Assembly: GCA_030587475.2 (NCBI GenBank) | Contig: JAUQYZ020000070.1 | Coordinates: 1 to 11,281, forward strand | Origin: Candidatus Sigynarchaeum calidifontis | GTDB taxonomy: Archaea; Asgardarchaeota; Lokiarchaeia; Sigyniarchaeales; Sigyniarchaeaceae | Length of the DNA stretch: 11,281 bases | Direction of reading: 5' to 3' | Shown here: one piece after another, positions 1-8,300 of the stretch | Layout of the letters: every line of letters starts with the position of its first letter | Position numbering within the stretch: position 1 is the first letter of the stretch | Program-made: the position numbers and the translations under genes | The notes under the pieces: model-generated | Database searches by the model: none | Told to the model about the DNA's origin: nothing | The model's input: the letters and a program-made list of their open reading frames with translations, nothing else

Positions 1-36
1 AAGTTTTGCCCCAATTGCGGTTCCCAGCTCCCTTGA
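1..36 (+). CDS. 3' end of a zinc-ribbon domain-containing protein (partial, starts upstream of the window)
   Basis: Frame +1 from base 1 reads AAG TTT TGC CCC AAT TGC GGT TCC CAG CTC CCT TGA = KFCPNCGSQLP*. KFCPxCG followed by a few residues and a stop is the typical C-terminal knuckle of zinc-ribbon/double-zinc-ribbon domains. It is absent from the ORF track because it is truncated. Confidence 0.8.
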   Translation, partial: KFCPNCGSQLP

Positions 37-56
37 AATTTTGCCATGTTTCTTAG

Positions 57-110
57 CAAATACCTCGATATTTGTCACGAAAAAAGGAGAGTTTAAGGCG
101 CGAGCGCGCC
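57..110. terminator. Probable terminator region between the convergent genes
   Basis: A GC inverted repeat GGCGCG-AG-CGCGCC (97..110) lies just after the DUF4838 stop. On the - strand it is followed by TTAAACTCTCCTTTTTT (T6 is the complement of A6 at 80..85). A second inverted repeat, CAAATA-cctcga-TATTTG, is at 57..74. The position and U-rich tract fit termination, but function is inferred. Confidence 0.45.
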
Positions 111-114
111 CGCG

Positions 115-2202
115 TCACTCGTCAATTGCATCCTTTTGGCCCGGCAGGCCCTTGATCATGCTGAGCACCAGTGCCGGCAGCTGGCTGCGCCGCACGTTCG
201 GTAAGGGCGGATCGAGCAGCTTGTTCGTGGTCTCAAGGTCGAGCCAGCGGTGCCAGTTATCGGGCACGTCCGGCGTGAATATCGCGAAACGTTTTGTCGC
301 CATCCAGCCACCCAGCTCGAGCGGGTTGAAGCCCCTCTTGAGAGCCGAGATGATATAATCATTTTCCCTGAAATGGTGCTTCTCATCCATCGTTTCCTTG
401 ACCTTGTCGAGCATCGATCGCATCATCTTGTACACGAGGGGTGCCAGTTCAGCCAAGGCAAGCACGTTGTGTTCCTGGCAGATGAAATTCTGCCGCTCGA
501 TGAATGCTGAGATGGGCACTTGCTCGCCGTGCGACCGGATCTTGTACTTTTCCGCCATCGCGATGAACCGGGCGAGCACGTGCTTGCGGCGCTCGAAGTC
601 GGCGGGCTGGATCTTGCCGAGCAGCACCTCGTACTCGACGGGCTGGTACAGATAGGCATAATCAAGGCTGAATAAAACTTTCTCGATGCGCTCGAGCGTT
701 GCGGGGTCGTCCTTGACCGCGTCGATGGCTTGCTCGATCCAACCCTGGCACCGGATCACCCAATCCTTCTTGACGTGGTTCCCCTCAAGGCCGACGTACA
801 GGTGGAGGCTTACATCGGGGAAATCCTCGATGGCCATGAGAGAATCGATGTATTGGTGCACCAAGGGTGCTGCCTTCCCGTAATATGCCTTGACGAACTC
901 GTGGACGAGCACGTTCAAGTCAAGGTCGGGATCCCAGAGCAGCTTGTGAAAGACCCACATCTTGAGCTCTTGCAGCTCCTGGTAGAGGCCGAGGCCGATG
1001 CCGGCCTGGAGGAGCACGCCCTCGACGCCGAGAGCCCGGTACTTCTTGAGATCGGTCGCGATGGTTTTCCATATCGGGTATGGCGCAAGATAGTGGCTAA
1101 AGTCGACGAAATAATGCCACACGAACACGTGGCGAGAGATCTTGAGCCATCCCAGTAAGTTCTTGTAGTATTTCGCGTTCATAGGATCCCCGTCGATCGG
1201 CTTGTTGGAACGGTACGGGTACATGTTGCAAACGACGACGATCATGTTATCGGGCAGGGGTTCGTGCCAATCCTCCGGATAGTTTTCGGTGTAGGTGTAA
1301 GCGATCGTGTGGATGAATTTGCCTGGGAACCGAGCCTTCACCACGCTCGCTATGCTCGCGCAGAACTGGAGCAGCGTCCGCGATGGGTTCCCGCGGTCGA
1401 CCTTGCGGCAGTTATCGCACTCGCAGTAGCCGGTCCAGTCATTCTGCACGATCCCGACGGTTAAGATGTCCGGTTCCTCCTCGAACCACTTGATGACGGT
1501 TTCGCTGGCGATCCGTATCACGTCCGGGTTGGTAAGGCATAGTTGACCAAGTGCCTGGAGCCGCTCGCCATTGACCAGGGAGAAATATTCGGGATGATCC
1601 TTGTAATACTTGTCAGGGGGCACGAGCGAGTAGAATGTATGCGTCATCTTGCCCGTCGAGAATTTGTAACTGCCACCTTTCTCGGGCTCCGCGAAAGGAC
1701 TCAAGTTAATTTTCTGCGTCGGGCAAAAGTCGGGATCCATCGCTTCCAAGTAGGTGATTGCACGGTACGCGAAGGCAGGTAACTCTTTCCGGGAGAACTC
1801 GGGAATCTCGAATTTCGGGTCGTGCTTGGTGACGTGGACGACTTCGGGGGCGAGAAACTTGATCCCGAGGCATTGCTCGAGAAAGGTGAAGACTCCGTAG
1901 ATCGCGCCGCGGATCTTCGAGCCCGCGATGATCACGCGGCCAGCCTTTACATGGATCCAGAAACCATCGTCTCCGAGCGATGTAATATCGATCTCGGGTG
2001 CAATTTGCTTGATGGCGGGATGGTCGCCGACGATGAAGCAAGACGCGGGGATGGCCGTGTCTTCGACGATTACCTTCAAGCTAACTCCGGTCGAGTTCCC
2101 GATATATTGGCTGAGCTGTCTTGCCGCGTATTCCTGGGCCGCGGAATGCCCCCTGGCGAGCACGATGCACGCCATGTCCGATAGTCGAATTGTCGCTGCC
2201 AT
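115..2202 (-). CDS. DUF4838 domain-containing protein (putative glycoside hydrolase-like TIM barrel with N-terminal GH67N/GH20b-type domain), 695 aa
   Basis: The N-terminal SLGDDGFWIHVKAGRVIIAGSKIRGAIYGVFTFLE...PAFAYR matches the alpha-glucuronidase/hexosaminidase N-domain pattern. HTFYSLVPPDKYYKDHPEYFSLVNGER...QLCLTNPDV, NDWTGYCECDNC, TIAYTYT, VWHY and ELKMWVFHKLLWDPDLD are motifs I recognise from DUF4838 proteins. The frame is long and uninterrupted. Confidence 0.88.
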   Translation of the reverse strand: MAATIRLSDMACIVLARGHSAAQEYAARQLSQYIGNSTGVSLKVIVEDTAIPASCFIVGDHPAIKQIAPEIDITSLGDDGFWIHVKAGRVIIAGSKIRGAIYGVFTFLEQCLGIKFLAPEVVHVTKHDPKFEIPEFSRKELPAFAYRAITYLEAMDPDFCPTQKINLSPFAEPEKGGSYKFSTGKMTHTFYSLVPPDKYYKDHPEYFSLVNGERLQALGQLCLTNPDVIRIASETVIKWFEEEPDILTVGIVQNDWTGYCECDNCRKVDRGNPSRTLLQFCASIASVVKARFPGKFIHTIAYTYTENYPEDWHEPLPDNMIVVVCNMYPYRSNKPIDGDPMNAKYYKNLLGWLKISRHVFVWHYFVDFSHYLAPYPIWKTIATDLKKYRALGVEGVLLQAGIGLGLYQELQELKMWVFHKLLWDPDLDLNVLVHEFVKAYYGKAAPLVHQYIDSLMAIEDFPDVSLHLYVGLEGNHVKKDWVIRCQGWIEQAIDAVKDDPATLERIEKVLFSLDYAYLYQPVEYEVLLGKIQPADFERRKHVLARFIAMAEKYKIRSHGEQVPISAFIERQNFICQEHNVLALAELAPLVYKMMRSMLDKVKETMDEKHHFRENDYIISALKRGFNPLELGGWMATKRFAIFTPDVPDNWHRWLDLETTNKLLDPPLPNVRRSQLPALVLSMIKGLPGQKDAIDE

Positions 2203-2221
2203 GCATCATCATCGCTTCATG

Positions 2222-2232
2222 TATTAAAAAAA
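2222..2232 (-). promoter_or_regulatory. Putative archaeal TATA box for the DUF4838 gene (leaderless-type spacing)
   Basis: The - strand reads CCTTTTTTTAATAC. The TTTTAATA core (2229..2222) is centred about 24 nt upstream of the ATG at 2202, and there is no Shine-Dalgarno-like sequence before that ATG. No clear purine-rich BRE. Confidence 0.45.
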
Positions 2233-2307
2233 GGTGCGATCCCTCATAACCGGCGCGGCCTACGATGCTTCCGAGTATCACGAATCGAAAAACAAGCGAG
2301 ATTGACT

Positions 2308-2322
2308 GAGAGGTTTTTATAG
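2308..2322 (+). promoter_or_regulatory. Putative archaeal BRE/TATA promoter of the giant membrane protein gene
   Basis: GAGAGG-TTTTTATA-G is a purine run directly followed by a TTTATA box (2314..2321), resembling archaeal promoters. It predicts a transcription start near 2340-2350, which lies downstream of the TTG at 2329 and upstream of ATG 2398. Confidence 0.55.
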
Positions 2323-2384
2323 CCGTTCTTGTTTCAATTCATCTATCCAAGCGGCCATGTCGAATGGAACAGACACTTGCATGC

Positions 2385-2394
2385 GGGGGAAGGG
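2385..2394 (+). promoter_or_regulatory. Possible ribosome-binding site for ATG 2398
   Basis: The purine-rich GGGGGAAGGG ends 3 nt before the first in-frame ATG (2398). Confidence 0.35.
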
Positions 2395-2397
2395 TTT

Positions 2398-5300
2398 ATG
2401 GCGCCGAATACAACCCAAGGAAACAATCTTGAAAAGATTACCAATCGAGCATGGCGAACCTGGTGGTTCCTTTTTTATCTATTGATAATACCGGCGACGA
2501 CCGCGTTCGTTTCATTCTTCATGTCCAATTATCTCTCGGGGAACACGTATTTCTCGATAAATTTCACGACGATCCTCACCCTCGCATCCATTTTCGCCGT
2601 GTACAAGAGGTTCGATAAGTACCTCGAGAAGCCGATCTTGAAAAACGACGCGTCCAACGCGAGTTTCCGCGTCCACGCGCCTTTTTTTTTCTCCATGGTG
2701 GCGCTGGTCTCGGCCTTCGTCATTCTAGTCTTCACCGTGGAGCAACAGCTCTTCAAGCCACTCCCGATAATCGCCCTGGGCGTCGTGTATAGCTTCACCT
2801 GGTTGTACTATCGCTGGAAGCCCATCGATCACGTCGACCCCGTGAACAAGGCATTCAAGCACGCTCCCACGTTCGCGGGAGCGGCGAAAAACTTCCACAA
2901 TGTCGTCGTTTTCTTCCACCTCGCATTTCAATTCGCGATGATCTCGTTTTACATGTCTAACCCGCTGCTTTGGGGAGGTATCGGCATCCCGATCAACATC
3001 GCATTCTGGATCGCCGGGATCAAGGTCACGGCGGGCACGCGTAAGTTGCTCCAAGGTGGGCTCCTCGCGGGTAACGATGTCACCGTGCATTTCGCTATGT
3101 TCAAGAAGCAATTCGCCCAGGTCATGATCGCGGCGTGCGCCAGCTTCATTCTCATCATCATCTTCTACCCGCTCATCGTCGCGCCGGGTCTCTTGGATTA
3201 TTTCCCGTGGTTCATGCTCTTCATCTACGGCCTGGTCATCGCCGGGGTGCTTCTCGTGAAAGCGGAAGCGTACGTTGCCATCTATTTCAACAAGCAAATC
3301 AACGTGCTTTCGGGAAGCGAGCACGTCATAGACGGCGTCATGACGCGGCTCAATAAGGCGAGCATCGGTGCCACGGCGGTCCTGATCGCCACCTCATTCA
3401 TCATGGGATTCGTCCCGGGCATCCCCCTTGCCACACCGATCACTGTCGCGGCGGTGTACGCAATGGTGCTTGGCGAGCGGAAGGCCAAGCTTGTCGAAAG
3501 CTGGTGGTACTCGCTTTCACATCTGGCAAACACGATTTGCCTGATCGCATCGATCTCTTTCGGCGTGCTGCCGAGCTTGTCACTCTTCAAGATCCCGGTC
3601 ATCATCCAGGCCGCGGTGTTTGTCGTGTCACTATACACGTCGATCGAGTGCTATTGCGGTGTGAAATATTTCAAGAAACACAGGATCTCGGAATTACAAG
3701 ACGCGATGGCGGTCTGCAGTTTCGCCGTTGTCGCATATTCCTTTTACGAGATCTTGCTTGACTCGTACCTTCAGATCGCGGGGATAACATCGATCGGGGG
3801 CATTTTTACCGCGGGTACCTTTATGGGTTTTTTTATCTCCGGCATCGTCTTGCTCCTGACGTTATATCGTTTTTACTGGACACGTGGTCACGGTCGCACG
3901 AGTCGAGGCCTAAAGATCGCATTCAGCTTTGCATTTGCATGGATAGGCACCGCTCTCACCGCCTTGTTTATGCTCGATGGCCCGCACCTCGTTATTCATG
4001 ATCCGGTTAATTTAACATGTTGGACGGTCATGTGGTGGGCCGGAACGTTTATCCTATTCGTTGCGGGCAATAATTCGTTCGGCATCTATTTCCAAAGGGA
4101 TGTGGCCGATACGGCATACCGCGCTAGCATTGCTTTCATAATCGCGATTCCGACGCTGATCATCTACAACTTGCCAACGTTCTCGCCGATCCTGGCAGCA
4201 ACCATCGCCTTGACCTTCACGATGGGCTATTATATCAAGTGGGGGGCGCGCTTGGGCAAAGTTACAGTTTCGGCACACGAAAATTATTTGCGATGTGCGC
4301 GACCCGTGTTGGTATGCCAGATGCTCGCGATGCAACTGGGCTGGTATATCCAGGCGGGCTTGGACCCGATACTGGCGTCCTACATTGCTGTCATGGCAAC
4401 CGCGAGCATATGCACCCTTTTCATGCAGACGGATTTCTTCAAATGGAAAGTATCTAAGTGGCTCGATATCGTCGCGCTCTACTTCACGTCTGTCATGATC
4501 TTCAAAGGATTGCACATCGCTGCATGGAGGACGCCATACGTTTATCTGGTTCCGCTTCTCGTATCCGCCTTATTTACCTTTCTCCCGTTATATTTCACCT
4601 TCGCATCTTTGAAGTCCAAGGCCATGTTTTCCCGCGCGGCCTTTGCCAACAGCCTGCTCATCACGGTTTTGTTGCTCGCCTTGCCGACTGCGATTATGGT
4701 GGACCTTGAGTCGCGCTTCCATTTGTCCTTCAACGTATTCGCCGACCTCTTCTACACGCTCTTGCTGGCACTCACGGTCTTTTTTGCCTTCAGCGGGGCA
4801 CTGACCGGGCTCCGGGTGAAGCCTTCATACATCAAGCCGTTCAAGTGGGGGACGGTAGTTTCCATGGCAGGAATCAGCGTGTTCGGTGCTGCCACGCTCT
4901 ACAGCATCATCGCCAGGGCCGTGAATGCCGCCACGCTACCCGCCACGATCTCCCTTTCCTTCACGTTATTTTTCGCCATGAACTTCATAACGGTTGCCAT
5001 CCTTCACGGGTACCAGCTGACATCCAAGCAAGTGATGACCACTGCGACGAGGATCGTTTATTTCTCGTTCGTCATCTCCTTGTCTTTGCTCTTCACGCAG
5101 CTGTTGCAGCGGGTTTATCCTATCTCCGCGTTCCCGGTAAACTTGAATTTTCTCGGAATTTCTTGGTACGTGCTATTTTTCGCATTGTTCGCGCTGACCT
5201 TATCTTCCATCCCGAGGTTTGCCGTCCCGGATATCAAGCCCCACGTCATCGAACGAGTCTTTGCGACCAGTTGTTGGATACTGCTCGATGGCTTCGGGTG

Positions 5301-8300
5301 CTTGTATATTGCTGGCTTCCTGGCAACCGGTACTCTCCTTGGCTTCGGCACTTTGCTCGTCATGCTGATCGCGTGCACGGCACCTGCCACGCGTTTTTTC
5401 TTGCGGGATGCAGGGATGAGATCAAATCCAAAGGAACGGGCAATGGGAACGGCCGCGAAGTACGCGTTCCTCGCATCGAGCCTGGCCTTCTTGCTCGAAC
5501 GCGCGCGCATCGGGGGGCTTCTACCGGCCACGACGACGAACCTGTTGCTGTACATCTTGTTGCTCTCGAATATAGCAAGTTATGGCTTGCTTTTCGCGGC
5601 CATGATTAATCAACGTGGAACCCGGTTCTCTAGCTTGATAGGAGGCGCGCTGGTGCTCGTGCTCGCCCTTGCATTCTTGCCGTCTTGGGGAAATATCATC
5701 TGCGCGATCGTGGCGTTCGGGAGCACAGCAAAAGTAGGAGGCACGAACGAAAAGATTCGCTGGATCAGGACCGCGATGCTGTCCACCGTGCTATTTTCAG
5801 TGATCATCTGGTTCCAAGTCGCGACCATGTCTGGTATCACCCCATCCTTCATGGCACAGGGCCATATCATCGAGTTCACCGCGTGTATTTTCACCGCGGT
5901 CGTATATGGCATCGCTACGACTGTGGGAAAGAAGAGCCTTGTCGAGGGTAATGTCGCGTCAATGCTCGGGGGCTTGCTCGTGTTCCAGCTACTCCTCACG
6001 TTCACACCAACATCGATTTTCCATTCAGCAAACATAATGGTCATCGTATACTTGTCGTTGATGGCTATTTATTTCAACAAAGCGGGATCGGTAAAGAAAT
6101 ATGCAATGCTTAAGGCCTTGACCATCGTCTCGGTCATTTATCTAGTAACGGGCACGTGCTCGCTAGTGTTCAACAGACCAGCTCTCGACGGCGTGAACTT
6201 CACCTTGAGCTTCTTGGCCACGTATAATGCCTTGGCATTCATCATCATACGGTTTTTCAAGCCATTCATGTTGAAACACCGAAAAAGCACACTTGCCCCG
6301 ATGCTCGCGGCATTCAACGTCTTCATTCCGGCGTTCGTCTTCTTGCTCTTCACGTATTATGCCGTGATACCCATCGATCAGCCGATCCTCGTGCTCCTTT
6401 GCGTCGACCTGAGCTTTTTCTTGTGTTTCTTGTCGATTGGCGTGTTCAGGTGGAACTTGACGAAAGAGGTGTGGAAGGTCGGGTGGTGGCTCTGGCTCGT
6501 ATTCCCGATCATAAACTTCCAGCTCGTCTTCGAGGCTGTCCAGGGCGTCGACGTCGTCAAGGGGCTAAACTTGTTCTCCATTGCAGATATGCCGGGCTCC
6601 ATCATCATCACGCTCATTATAATATCGGCCATGTACTTGCCCGTCGTGCGGTACAAGATCCAGCGATATTTCTACCCAGCTATGCTCGTCATATGGGCCG
6701 AGAGCTTGCTCATGATTGACTGGGTCGTGCAGAATGTCTTCGCTAGCAGTCTTGCCCTCTCCACGCTGAGCTTCCTCGTCATCGGCACCGGGTTGTTGCT
6801 CCCGCTATTCTACAAGTGGCGGGCATGGCGGGCGATGGCCATTGCCTGGGCGTTCCTTACCGGATCGAACGTTATGTTCATGCACTTGGTGTTGATGGAC
6901 ACCGGCATTTCCACGGGATTCATCTTCTCGATCGAGTTGATCGTGACGAGCATTCTCGGGATGCTCTATTCCGCAATCCCGAAGAGCCCGGCGCGGCGGC
7001 CTTTACTCGTGGCTTCCTACACGTCCTTGCTGGCCGGGATGTGGTCAACCGTGTATTTCACCATATACGAAGTAACCCGGCACGCGTTCATATCCGTGAA
7101 CATCGCATTCATCGCCCTCGCGTTCGGTTTGTTCTCTTCCCGGTTCTTGAAAGTGAACCAGGTCACTACGCGCGCCTTGATCGCGTTCATCCTCATGGCC
7201 AACTTATCCCTGCTCACGTTCAACACGTTAGCGCTCGTGCACGGGTTCGTGGTGCTGGCCACTTTTGCCGGCATCACCGTGTTCGGCGGGTCGTTCTACA
7301 CGATGAACCAATACAAGATGGTCTTCCACGTCGATAAACGCATCCCGTGGTCGATCTTGGGCATAGGGAGCGCGTTGTCTGCATCGTCGCTCGTCGTATC
7401 GGCGTGGCAAGCTCCCCCCATGATCGTGGGCTTCGTGTTCTCGTTAACGGCGGGATTCTTCTTCTACAAGGACTTCCTCGTTCAAGTAAAGGCAGCTTTC
7501 ATCCCCCTCCCGCTGACCTTCCTCGCCGAGCAATTGTTCGTGGCTCTGCTGCCCGGCCAAAATCTCATTGCGATTCTCCTCTTCAGCACGTGTTACTTAG
7601 CTATCTTCCAGGTCGTCGCCAATGCGGGCGCCAAGCTGGATCCCGCCAAGTTACAAGGTGTGGACATGTCAAGGCTGACCACTTTGCTCCCCCGGCTCAA
7701 CCTCGTGATCTTCCTTGCTAATTCCATGCAGATCTCCGCGGTCATCTCGATGTTGCTCGCGGCACCCGTCGTCCTCACGCTCGTCCTGCCGTTTTTCTTG
7801 ATCTGCTGCCAATCCTTCGCGATTCGCAAGGGCATAGCGGGGAAATCCACGCGCGTAGCCGCGTTCATGACGGCCGCCAGCACCTTGCTGCACGCGTCGA
7901 TCGCCGCGAGCATCATGTTCTTGTTTCCCATCCCGGCAATCAGCACGCTGCTCCCGCCGGACATCGCGACCATTCTTGCAAAGACGACGGTCTTCATGAC
8001 GTCGATGTTCGTCCAGCTCGCCTGGCTGGACATGGGGATGTTCAAGATAATGGTTGCTAGAACACGATTCGCGCTGATGCTTCTTTCTTACGCGATGGCT
8101 TTCAATTTTATCGCGATCTACTTGTACATCAACCACGCGGACCCGTCCCTCCTTGCACTGTCGCTCTGCGCCCTGAATGTCCTCACGATGCATCTCTGGC
8201 AGCTCGCGTTCCCCGCACGCAAGATTGCCGCCAGAAACTTGAAGAGGGTCTTGTATAACGGGATACTCGCCAGCGGCGCGTCTTTCGCTTCGAGATGGGT

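Noticed and set aside
41-2281. Short ORFs overlapping the DUF4838 gene on either strand (e.g. 41..358, 730..1158, 1822..2184, 2081..2281)
   Set aside because: These are shadow frames of a GC-rich coding gene with no recognisable motifs.
2329-2397. TTG start at 2329 given by the ORF track (2978 aa)
   Set aside because: It lies only ~8 nt after the TATA-like box, so it would be upstream of the predicted transcription start. ATG 2398 has an RBS-like motif and is preferred.
2357-2485. Out-of-frame upstream ATG (2357) opening a ~42-codon ORF that overlaps the giant gene start
   Set aside because: It is short with no recognisable features and cannot be distinguished from chance without ribosome profiling.
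3825-3834. G GGT TTT slippery heptamer (also at 10404..10410) as a programmed -1 frameshift site
   Set aside because: It is explained by Gly-Phe codons in a Phe-rich protein. The main frame is intact and I see no meaningful -1 product or clear stimulatory structure.
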